Shown here piece by piece: positions 47,249 to 55,305 of a DNA stretch of 64,000 nucleotides. The stretch's first letter is position 1. The number at the start of each line of letters is the position of its first letter. The notes under the pieces were generated by a model, which saw nothing but the letters and a program-made list of their open reading frames with translations, had not been told where the DNA came from and searched no databases. A program made the position numbers and the translations under genes. The stretch spans positions 4,085,894 to 4,149,893 of the forward strand of contig OZ241924.1 of NCBI GenBank assembly GCA_965203925.1, in the 5' to 3' direction. Origin of the DNA: Bryobacterales bacterium. GTDB taxonomy: Bacteria; Acidobacteriota; Terriglobia; Bryobacterales; UBA6623.

Positions 47249-47545
47249 CGGCTTGTGTCTAGATTACGATCGCTCCCGGATTGTCTGCCGATTGCGGTTC
47301 GCTGGACTCTCGGCTGCGCTGGAATATCCGACTCTCTTGCAGAACTGAATTGGTTTCAGACCACGATGGGCCACGTGTGCCACAGTTCTCATAGCCTGAT
47401 CGACCTCTAACGGCCATTGACAATGACAGGGTTCCGCGACGCCGGTGGGACCGGCTTGTTCGTCGATCCGGAACTGGCAGCCGATTCGCGCTGGGCCTGC
47501 GACAGACCTACCGCAGCTTGGGTCGCTGGGTCTCGGCCCACCGTT
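47249..47545 (+). repeat. Conserved 3' tail of EEP copy A (repeat family, copy A)
   Basis: Blocks identical to copy B: GGACTCTCGGCTGCGCT (47304..47320 = 52675..52691), ACGATGGGCC (47363..47372 = 52734..52743), AACGGCCATTGA (47409..47420 = 52780..52791) and GTTCCGCG. Confidence 0.7.
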
Positions 47546-48199
47546 TCATTGCGGCGCTGGTCTACTAGGCAATGCACCTGATCCGCAAGCGACTGCTGGG
47601 TTCTGGCTAAACTAGCAGTCCATCCGGGAAGAGCTGCGGGACTGGAAGCGAGTGACGACGCCAGTGCAGCCGACGGACGGGACGCTGATCACGAATCGCC
47701 AAAATGTGCGGCTGGTGCCGGAGGCGGCGCGGGTCGCACAGGTTGCCGACCTGCAGCATCGACTGTACCGGTGCCGCAATCGGACCGGGAGCCAGACGAG
47801 TCGCCCGACGTAGTGCCATAGCTCCAGGCCAAGCCTTGGAGAGGAAGAGAGCGATGAGCTAGAACCCAGTCGTCGCGAGCCAACGGGTTCGACTCCCGTC
47901 CCGGTAGAGGCGTAGCCCGCCAGCCGGGAGCGAGTGCTTCATGCCGTGCACCAACGCACGTCGTGAAGCGTTCTCAGCGGGTGGTCAAGCGGTGCCGTTG
48001 AGCCTCGATGTCTTCAATGTTGGTGCCTTAGTCGTTGGCACAGCGGGGGCACCACCGGGGATGCCACTACAGGGGAGGCAGCACCGGGCCGAACGGGGTG
48101 TTGAGAACGCTCGCATAGCCACGGGATGGTTCTTCAAGGAACCGGGGAGATCTCCCACTGTCCACATCAAAGGGTCCGGGCCCTCCCGCAGCATGTGGG

Positions 48200-48494
48200 G
48201 TCCGCGAGCGAATCAACAGGCGAAGCGTCGTACTGGCTGGCGAATCAATTGGCTGACGGACAGCCTGAGATGTGGCAAGGTGCCTTCTTTGGGAGACAAA
48301 TCGAATAGTTGCATTCCGGGTTGACTCGGGGGCGCGTTGTGGTGCAGCCTACCTCAGCGCTTCGATTGGACCGTACGGACAGCAACCGGGCGGAGGAACG
48401 CACGGCGCATATCCTTGATGCTCAGGCCGGGCAGGTCGAAATTCTGCTCTAGCTCCGCCTTCTACCGCTGGTAGTCGCGGGGCGGCAAGGTGAT
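48200..48494 (-). pseudogene. Possible relic of the C-terminal catalytic region of a tyrosine recombinase (frameshifted, in-frame stops)
   Basis: Own translation shows two pieces in two frames. The first is ITLPPRDYQR*KAELEQNFDLPGLSIKDMRRAF. The second is IRFVSQRRHLATSQAVRQPIDSPASTTLRLLIRS, loosely matching the R.VPL ... F.ra ... HxLRHtfAT ... G.D...i..LLGHS order. The match is weak. Confidence 0.3.
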
Positions 48495-48521
48495 CTGAAG
48501 GCGGCTTCGGCTGCTTCTTGC

Positions 48522-48722
48522 TCATCGTGCCGTCTCCCGCTTGGTGAATCCCTCGAACAGCCCCTCCAGTCTAGCCATGCGCTCGCGAAGATCCGCGATA
48601 CCGCCACGCACTTCTGCAAGGTCCGCAGGGTTCTGAGACCTGAAGCTACGAAGATCGGCGGCAATCCATCCGAGCATGGCAAGAATCGCCGCTGCAACAA
48701 TCGACTCTGTCATGCGATTCAT
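48522..48722 (-). CDS. Hypothetical 66-aa protein: N-terminal hydrophobic anchor plus coiled coil
   Basis: MNRMTESIVAAAILAMLGWIAADL followed by LAEVRGGIADLRERMARLEGLFEG. Its stop overlaps (ATGA) the ATG of a decayed downstream reading frame. Confidence 0.4.
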   Translation of the reverse strand: MNRMTESIVAAAILAMLGWIAADLRSFRSQNPADLAEVRGGIADLRERMARLEGLFEGFTKRETAR

Positions 48723-48942
48723 GACCCTACCAGCTGTGTATCGCTACGTGCTAGGATTTATCAGCGCTCCATTCGCGGGGAACCCGCTAGGTCGGGCCTC
48801 CTGCCGAATACCACAGCCACGAACCCGGGCGAGGGAGTCATGACCCGAGCCCCGGCGAATAAGCAGGACGATTCGCATTTCCCGCGTAAATGGAGCAAGG
48901 CCCGGCACCCGGAGGGTGCTGGGGGTGGAACCGGAGGTTTCC

Positions 48943-51018
48943 GTGCGAGTCCTCGCTCTCGCAACGTTTCTGGCCGTGTCGCTGCATCCACTACGCGGAG
49001 AGACGAAGCAGCCGCAGCCGCGCCGTATGGTCGGAGGACAAGTCATCGCAACCGTCACGGAAGTTCCGTTTGTCGTTCTGGTCGGCAATGGGCTGAAGAC
49101 CTGTCTTGGGACTCTGCTGACGCCAAAGTGGATTCTAACGGCGGGGCATTGTGTGGATGGGGCCTCTTTCTTGGAAGTGGCCCACTTGAGCGGAGAGAGC
49201 GTGTACGGGTTTGCGAACACGGACGAACGCGCGGACAGATTCAGATGGGGCGTTCTGTTCCATCCCGATTACGATCCATTAAAGGGAGAAGCATCGACCA
49301 AGGACATCGCGCTGATCGAAATGAGCGAATCGCTGACAAGCCGCTACGTTAGGCCCGTAGAACTCCCGTCCGAGTCCCATGTTGCACAGATTCAGGATGG
49401 GTTGAGCGTCACGATTCTCGGGCTGGAACCGGCTAACTTGGTCCGGGCGGAATGGCCTGTGACCCCCTGCGACAATCCTGAAGACTGGATTGTCTGCGCC
49501 CAAATGAGCATGGCGCAGCATGTCGAGCCCGGAGACAGCGGCGGGGCCGTTCTCATGCGTGACGGTGAGGATTGGGTGCTTGTCGGGACGACGTTCTACT
49601 CTTATGGCGCTGGCGGGCAACTGGCGGCGCAGCGCACAAGTTACTACTTGCCTTGGATCGCCCAATATGTAGGCGACGGGCCGGATGGTTCCGGAACTTC
49701 GTCATCGTCCCAGACAATCACCGTGCAGTTGGGCCAGCACGGAGGCACGGCCCAATTCCAGATGACTCTGGCTGGTGGGTTCACCAGAGATGGCAATCCG
49801 TTCTCCAGTGGATCCACAGTAGTGTCGGAGATCAACGGTAAGACCTACAGGGTCACGCTGTCGGGAACGACCGGGACCGCAGAGTTCGTGGCACCAGACC
49901 AAGTGCGGCTGCGGCTTGGCGGCAGCGGGGAGGCTCTGTTCATCGATGAGAACGAAGATGGCACCTACACCGGAACGTTGGCGGTGAACTTCGAAGAGAC
50001 CACGTTTCGCAGCGGCGACCTAGTCAGGACGAGCAGGGGCGTCCAGTACCGCCTCACCATGGATGACGGCACTTGGACAGCCGCCTTTGAGGCCTCGCCA
50101 CCAGTACAGATCACGCTTGGGGCGAGCGAGTACCCCATCGAGCTGGTCATGACCGAAGACGGTGGTTACACGCTCAACGGAAACCAGTTCCGAAGCGGGG
50201 ACATCGTCACCACTCCGACCGACAGCCGCTATCGGCTGACGTTGGTGGACGGCGAGTGGCAGTACACCTATGTGCCGCCGGCCCCGATCCGGGTCTCGCT
50301 GGGCGCATCCGGCGAGGTCGCACTGCTGATGCGCCGGGAGAATGGCAGCTATGAGATCGGTGGCACCGTAATCACGAGCGGCGACAGCATACAGGCCGAC
50401 AACGGCAACAGCTACCGCATCCGCTTCCAAGGCGACCGGTGGACAGCTGCCTTCGTCCCGGCTCCGCCCGTGTCGGTGACGCTTGGGATGAGCGGTTTGC
50501 AAATCTCGCTGGCGCGCCAAGAAGACGGCAGCTACCGGCACGGCAACGACGTGATCCAGAGCGGCGGCACGATCACGGCCGCCAACGGCAGCGAATACCG
50601 GCTAACGCTCGCGAACGGAGTTTGGCGGGCAACATATGTCCTGCCGCGAGGCATCCCGGTCCTTCTAGGCATCAGCGGAGAGTTGGCCAACGTAGTGCGC
50701 CTAGAAGATGGCACCTACCAAGTCAACGGCCAGCCGCTGGGCCCCGATTCGACGGTTAGGGCCTCGAACGGGAACGAATACCGCATCCGCTTCCAAGGTG
50801 GCCAGTGGACAGCTGCGCTCGTGACGGACCCGTCAGTGCCAGATGCCAGCCCAAGGGTGACTATCACGCTCCAGAACGGAACATCCTCATCATGCAGCAT
50901 CGAGGACCTACTCACTACCGCCGGAGCATCAAGTGCAGAACCCGGGACGAGCGTGGACGTGCAGGTTCAAGGGCAGGTCTTCCGGACTGTCTTGCTGGTT
51001 GAGTGCGGACAGCCGTAG
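48943..51018 (+). CDS. Secreted trypsin-like (S1) serine protease with C-terminal tandem repeats of about 61 aa
   Basis: LTAGHC (His), DIALIE (Asp) and GDSGGAV (Ser). I place the start at GTG 48943, preceded by GGAGG (48933..48937); the track start is 48916. The C-terminal half is repetitive. Confidence 0.8.
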   Translation: MRVLALATFLAVSLHPLRGETKQPQPRRMVGGQVIATVTEVPFVVLVGNGLKTCLGTLLTPKWILTAGHCVDGASFLEVAHLSGESVYGFANTDERADRFRWGVLFHPDYDPLKGEASTKDIALIEMSESLTSRYVRPVELPSESHVAQIQDGLSVTILGLEPANLVRAEWPVTPCDNPEDWIVCAQMSMAQHVEPGDSGGAVLMRDGEDWVLVGTTFYSYGAGGQLAAQRTSYYLPWIAQYVGDGPDGSGTSSSSQTITVQLGQHGGTAQFQMTLAGGFTRDGNPFSSGSTVVSEINGKTYRVTLSGTTGTAEFVAPDQVRLRLGGSGEALFIDENEDGTYTGTLAVNFEETTFRSGDLVRTSRGVQYRLTMDDGTWTAAFEASPPVQITLGASEYPIELVMTEDGGYTLNGNQFRSGDIVTTPTDSRYRLTLVDGEWQYTYVPPAPIRVSLGASGEVALLMRRENGSYEIGGTVITSGDSIQADNGNSYRIRFQGDRWTAAFVPAPPVSVTLGMSGLQISLARQEDGSYRHGNDVIQSGGTITAANGSEYRLTLANGVWRATYVLPRGIPVLLGISGELANVVRLEDGTYQVNGQPLGPDSTVRASNGNEYRIRFQGGQWTAALVTDPSVPDASPRVTITLQNGTSSSCSIEDLLTTAGASSAEPGTSVDVQVQGQVFRTVLLVECGQP
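49740..50880 (+). repeat. In-frame tandem repeats (about 183 nt / 61 aa, 5-6 units) inside the S1 protease gene
   Basis: The recurring pattern is xYR(L/I)T(L/F)..G.W.A.(F/Y)V.P.P..V.LG.SG.......EDG.Y...G....SGD. Units two apart are most alike: 50411.. and 50776.. both encode YRIRFQG..WTAA. Confidence 0.8.
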
Positions 51019-51026
51019 GAGGGATT

Positions 51027-51518
51027 ATGAGACACACATGCACACTAACGTTGGCTGCGACAGTCCTCTGCGGGATGGCCAGCGGCGTCGAGCCCCGCAC
51101 AGCCGTCCCGGTGTTCGTAGCGCCGACCAAGGGAGACGACGGCCAATTCAGCGACATGCTCAAGGTCGAACTGATGAAGCGCAAGGGCCTCATCAAGGCC
51201 AAGGTCGATATCGTGCGTTGGCCCGAAGCCGCCCAATACATTCTGGAAGTCTCGATTGCGTACCAGCGGGGCAGAAGGCAGCGCACGATTTGGCAAACCG
51301 AGCGCGCCACGGCCGTCGCATCGGCTATGGCCTACGACGCTTGCGGAAGGCTTGTATGGAGCAAGGTCAAGGGCGACAAGGTTTTGGGGGACGCGGAAGG
51401 CGTCATTGAAACGGCGCAGAAGATGGCTCGCTCGTTCAAGGAGGCGCTGGCCAAGAGGAAGAGCCGTCTGAACCGTGCGCCACCGTGCCTGTCTGTCGGG
51501 GATGAACTGCGGCCTTAG
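51027..51518 (+). CDS. Hypothetical small secreted protein (163 aa) coupled to the S1 protease gene
   Basis: ATG 51027 sits 8 nt after the protease stop and is preceded by GGAGGG. Signal-like MRHTCTLTLAATVLCGMASG. I recognise no motif. Confidence 0.55.
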   Translation: MRHTCTLTLAATVLCGMASGVEPRTAVPVFVAPTKGDDGQFSDMLKVELMKRKGLIKAKVDIVRWPEAAQYILEVSIAYQRGRRQRTIWQTERATAVASAMAYDACGRLVWSKVKGDKVLGDAEGVIETAQKMARSFKEALAKRKSRLNRAPPCLSVGDELRP

Positions 51519-51666
51519 CCTCAGCGGAGGCCCTTGTGGGGCCCATGGAACAACCTACGCTGGATTTGCGTTGAATAGCAGGTGCTCCTTCGCAGGGTCT
51601 GCCATCGCTTGTACTCGCCATCGCCGTCGATGCGAAGTCGGCAGTTATCCCTCATCACCACAGGCT

Positions 51667-51774
51667 CATCACTCGCCCACCGTGACCTAAACGGATCGCT
51701 GGTAACATAGGAGCGCCCGTTGACGCTTCAGGGAAACGTCAACGTAGACTACTCCGGCTGTTCTGGAAGCCATC
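51667..51774 (+). promoter_or_regulatory. Conserved leader/promoter region of EEP gene copy B
   Basis: Homologous to 46252..46360. Contains the inverted repeat CGTTGACG (51718..51725) / CGTCAACG (51737..51744). Confidence 0.45.
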
Positions 51775-52593
51775 ATGCTGATTCTCTCGTGGAACGTCAG
51801 ACTTCTCCCCGATCGCCCGCCCGACAACCGCACGGAGCAAATCGATTCTGCTCGACCGGATATCGTCACATTGCAGGAAGTCTCGCGACATTCTGCCCGT
51901 GCCCGTGCTTGGGTGGACCGTCTTAGAGACATTGGCCTTGTTCACTGTCATTTGAGCGGTGAGGACATATCAAGGAAGTCGTACCAGTGTCTTATCGCAA
52001 GCCGCTGGAAGGTGACACCCGTCGAGAGCGGCTGGCGACACGACGCACCTTACCCGGAATTGCTCGGGCGAGCCACAGTCTCTGTGCCTGACGGGAGAAC
52101 TGTCGACGTGTTCACCGCGCACATCCCTAACGGTTCCAATCATGGCTGGAAGAAGATCGACACGTTTCACGTCCTAGCGGCGGAGCTTCGAAGAGCGAGC
52201 GCCCTGCCGCGTATCCTGACGGGCGACTTCAACGAGCCGAAGAAGATTAGGGAGTCGGGGCAGATCGTGACTTGGAGAGGGACGGGTCGCACGGAGCGCT
52301 GGCGTGACAAGTTCGGCGACGAGCGTCCGCTCATAGAGTGGAGGAACGGCGTGTGCGCAGTCCTCAACGGCAAGTCGGCGCACGGTCTGTCGGACGCCTA
52401 TCGCGACTGTCACGGAATCCAGCCGCCCGACCTCTCGACTTGGCGAAAATATTGTTACGACCATACGTTCGTCTCAAGACATTTCGAAGTCCTAGACTGC
52501 GGCTACTACCACAACTGGCGCCATCAGCTCAAGTTGAGCGATCACTCGCCCATGTGGACAGAACTCCGCCTTCGAGCGGATGTACCGGAATGA
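51775..52593 (+). CDS. Endonuclease/exonuclease/phosphatase (EEP) family protein, copy B
   Basis: Has the same catalytic blocks as copy A. The first 25 nt are identical to copy A, and the C-terminal LSDHSPMWTELRLR is identical. Confidence 0.8.
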   Translation: MLILSWNVRLLPDRPPDNRTEQIDSARPDIVTLQEVSRHSARARAWVDRLRDIGLVHCHLSGEDISRKSYQCLIASRWKVTPVESGWRHDAPYPELLGRATVSVPDGRTVDVFTAHIPNGSNHGWKKIDTFHVLAAELRRASALPRILTGDFNEPKKIRESGQIVTWRGTGRTERWRDKFGDERPLIEWRNGVCAVLNGKSAHGLSDAYRDCHGIQPPDLSTWRKYCYDHTFVSRHFEVLDCGYYHNWRHQLKLSDHSPMWTELRLRADVPE

Positions 52594-52995
52594 GACAAGG
52601 GGTGGGCGACTGCCCCTAAACGGCACTGTCCATACAGCGTTCCCTCCCGGGTCATCTACCGTATTCGGGGCGGCGGACTCTCGGCTGCGCTAGTACATCA
52701 GACCTCCTTGGGGAACCGTACTTGTTCTGGGCAACGATGGGCCCCGTGCAACTTGGTCCTCGTAGCTTGCTCGACCGCGAACGGCCATTGAGAAGACCAG
52801 AGTTCCGCGGCAACGGTACCAACGTTCGACGAACCGCCGTTGGCCAGCCCGAGACCAGCTTGTGACACGACTCCGATGTCTGTATCCCGGGTGACACCCG
52901 AGTCGTGCCTTGCCGGCAGCGGTCGGAGGAGAACCGCCGCTTGGCGGTTTGCCGGAGGCAATTGCCGCAGAGCCCAGACTCCGTTGCGGCCACGG
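52594..52995 (+). repeat. Conserved 3' tail of EEP copy B (repeat family, copy B; right part also matches copy C)
   Basis: The left part matches 47249..47545 (see copy A). The right part (about 52784..52995) matches 54621..54805, including the 18-nt identity CCGGCAGCGGTCGGAGGA (52913..52930 = 54724..54741). Confidence 0.7.
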
Positions 52996-53488
52996 GTGAA
53001 CGAGGAACGGTGCGGACAGGGTCTTTCTTCATGGCAATGGGAGGCAGAGGGGATTCGGCATCGCCTCCAGGTCGACCTGCCGAGGCTGGCCCAAGGTCTC
53101 AGGCCAGAGCCAACCGTTTTCGCTCAGGCGACCCAGCATTGCGCACAACGCCCTTGCATTCCGAGAATCGCTGGCGGCGACGTGCCTACGAGCATTCGGA
53201 CGGCTCCGGGATAGAGCACGCGCAGTCAGCGGAACACATCCGGCAGGAGTTGCAGATCGGCACCCCGATCTGACGGGGGCGAGTCCCGTCTCAGACCAAG
53301 ATTGCACCTTGCCGTGCCACCCGGCTACCGTGACGCTTACCAATGCTATGCCGCTGGGTCGGCATCATGCTAGAGTTGAAATTACCAGTGTGCCGGCGGT
53401 GTCTGTTGACCAATCCTCCGTGCGGACCACGAACAAAAACATTCATCTGTATGATTTACGGGCTATCACACGGAATGCGAGCAACTTC

Positions 53489-54379
53489 ATGATCGACCCC
53501 GCCACAGCACAGCGAGTCCTAAAGGCTCTCACCGACGAAGACAGGGACTTGTACTTTTACAGCGGCAGCATCTCCGCGACGAATGTAGCGATCTTCCACA
53601 ACGTGATTGAGCAGGCACGTTCCCGAGAGCGATCGAGGGCATCACTGGTACTCACGACCTTGGGCGGCGACGCCCACCAGGCCTTTCGATTGGCAAGGCT
53701 GTTCAAGAGTCACTACCCCCGAGCGGGGGCGCGTCGCTTGGTGGTCGTCGGGCCATGCAAAAGTGCCGGAACGCTGATCGCAGTAAGTGCCGACGAACTT
53801 GCCATGGGCCCATTGGGTGAGCTTGGACCTCTGGACGTTCAGCTTGCCAAACAGGACGAGATCGCCGTATCCACGTCGGGCCTCGACACCCTTGAGGCTC
53901 TGGCGGTCCTTCAGCGAGCAGCCTTTGAAGCGTTCGAGACATACATGGTTACAATCGTCAATCGGAGTAACGGAAGGGTCTCGACCAAGACGGCGTGCGA
54001 CATCGCGGCCACGATCGTATCGGGCGTGTTTCGGCCGATCGCAGGTAAGATCGATCCGCTTGTACTCGCGCAGGCTGACCGCAGGATGCGGATTGCCTTG
54101 GCGTATGGTAAGCGCCTTCGCAGTCCGAATCTTATCGGCGAGCACAAGCTGGTTGACTTGGTCAGGAGCTACCCATCCCACGGTTTCGTGATCGACCGAG
54201 TCGAAGCGGAGAGAATATTCGAGAGGGTGCACGGCCCTTCGGAGGCTGAGGAATCAGTGCTCGGGCTACAATACCCAACAGGGCAGAATGAGGAGGTCGT
54301 ACGCGATGTCGTTCAAGATCTTGACTCGCTTGTCAGAAACGCCGCCCAAGCGTCCGCAGAGCTTGGTTCGCCCAGCTGA
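53489..54379 (+). CDS. ClpP-fold serine protease of the SDH (serine dehydrogenase proteinase)/S49-like type
   Basis: LVLTTLGGDAHQAFRLARLF and GPCKSAGTLIAVSADELAMGPLGELGPLD resemble the Clp-fold/SDH_sah pattern. I place the start at ATG 53489 (MIDPATAQRVL); the track starts at TTG 53309. Confidence 0.6.
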   Translation: MIDPATAQRVLKALTDEDRDLYFYSGSISATNVAIFHNVIEQARSRERSRASLVLTTLGGDAHQAFRLARLFKSHYPRAGARRLVVVGPCKSAGTLIAVSADELAMGPLGELGPLDVQLAKQDEIAVSTSGLDTLEALAVLQRAAFEAFETYMVTIVNRSNGRVSTKTACDIAATIVSGVFRPIAGKIDPLVLAQADRRMRIALAYGKRLRSPNLIGEHKLVDLVRSYPSHGFVIDRVEAERIFERVHGPSEAEESVLGLQYPTGQNEEVVRDVVQDLDSLVRNAAQASAELGSPS

Positions 54380-54620
54380 AGTGGGCTCTCTGGCGCTTGC
54401 GCGGGTAAGGGAGTTGGTGCAAGATGGGCTCGGGGCGATGGAGCCGGCGAGACCGATTCCCAAAGATCGTCGTCGGCCCCCGCCGACAGCCAATCGGTTC
54501 CCGTGAATCGGTGGTTCACCTGAACAGCACTCAGGGATAACGTTCTCTTTCGACGGTGCTTCGGCACGACCGGATCGAATCGCAAGAATTCGTTCCACCA
54601 TCCGGTGCTTGGGCCATTCC

Positions 54621-54805
54621 ACCGAGGCGGCAAACAGCCGGTGAACTGCCAGTGGCCGACCCCGCGCCCGCTTGTGGCGTGCCACGGATCGCTGCGTCCC
54701 GGTGACATCCGAGTCGTGCGTTTCCGGCAGCGGTCGGAGGAAAACGGTCGCATGGCGGTTTGAAGTAGGCAAGTGCCGCAGAGCACGGACTCCGATTCGG
54801 CCACC
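54621..54805 (+). repeat. Third, partial copy of the EEP-tail repeat family (copy C), downstream of the ClpP-fold gene
   Basis: Aligns with 52784..52995. The shared blocks are GGCCATT, GCTTGTG, CCCGGTGACA(C/T)CCGAGTCGTGC, CCGGCAGCGGTCGGAGGA, GGCGGTTTG, TGCCGCAGAGC and GACTCCG. Confidence 0.65.
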
Positions 54806-54834
54806 GGAGTTCCCGTAGCCCGTACCCAGCGACC

Positions 54835-55284
54835 CTACCCAGCTTCCCCCTCTGCCACGCGCCTTCGTAGGCAGGCGAAGAATCGGTCCGCCACCATCTT
54901 TGTTGTGCCTGCCAAGAGTCGCTGGCCCACCCGAGCTACGGCTCCGCCTATCTGGGCCTTCGCGGTGACCGACACCGAACTCCCGGCGTCGTTCGGCGCG
55001 ATTGTGACGCGCGATTCTCCCTTCGCGTAGCCGGCCGGCCCACGACCGTCCACTCTCATCGAGTAGGAATGCGGGCGATCTAGGTCCCGGAGCTCTACCG
55101 TGCCCTTGAAGCGGCCCTTGATTGCCGCGACGCCGATCGTCATTTGGGCCCGGTAGCGGTTCTCCCCGATTGCCTCGAGCCGCTCACAACCCGGCAGACA
55201 TTTCGCCACCGTCGCCGGGTCCGTCATCGCGTCGAACACGCGGCCGGGATTCGCTTCGAAACTGTATCGGGACTGGAACTGCAT
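54835..55284 (-). CDS. coxG: CoxG-like SRPBCC protein (CO dehydrogenase subunit G family)
   Basis: MQFQSRYSFEANPGRVFDAMTDPATVAKCLPGCE is typical of CoxG. It is the last gene of the cox-like cluster. Confidence 0.8.
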   Translation of the reverse strand: MQFQSRYSFEANPGRVFDAMTDPATVAKCLPGCERLEAIGENRYRAQMTIGVAAIKGRFKGTVELRDLDRPHSYSMRVDGRGPAGYAKGESRVTIAPNDAGSSVSVTAKAQIGGAVARVGQRLLAGTTKMVADRFFACLRRRVAEGEAG

Positions 55285-55305
55285 CGAGGTTCTACCGTGG
55301 CAAGG

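Noticed and set aside
49740-50880. Regularly spaced repeats that could be mistaken for a CRISPR array.
   Set aside because: The units are about 183 nt, imperfect, in frame and encode a repeating protein motif inside the S1 protease ORF. There is no short repeat/spacer structure and there are no cas genes.
52700-52760. A group II intron domain-V-like string on the minus strand (AAGUACGGUUCC), and the RT-like peptide ARDDWVLAHRS at about 47850..47880 (minus).
   Set aside because: No complementary 5' half forms the domain V hairpin, and no GUGYG 5' end is present. Other reverse-transcriptase blocks are absent in any frame, and the YxDD Tyr is missing.
52652-53032. Minus-strand ORFs inside the tail repeats (52652..53032, 52698..52961, 54266..54772, 54313..54804) that share peptides such as MP..NR.A.V.LRPLP..HDS.VT and LCG.CL.QTA.R.FSSDRCR.
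   Set aside because: Two different frames appear equally conserved simply because the DNA is conserved. Starts are non-equivalent between copies, copy A lacks a start and has stops, and the products are Arg/Ser-rich. They are treated as non-coding repeat sequence.
47249-54805. Integron-like cassette array, with the tail repeats acting as attC sites.
   Set aside because: No intI gene is present. The repeats are much longer than attC sites, and I could not find the R''/L''-L'/R' (RYYYAAC ... GTTRRRY) symmetry. The idea is kept only as a loose analogy.
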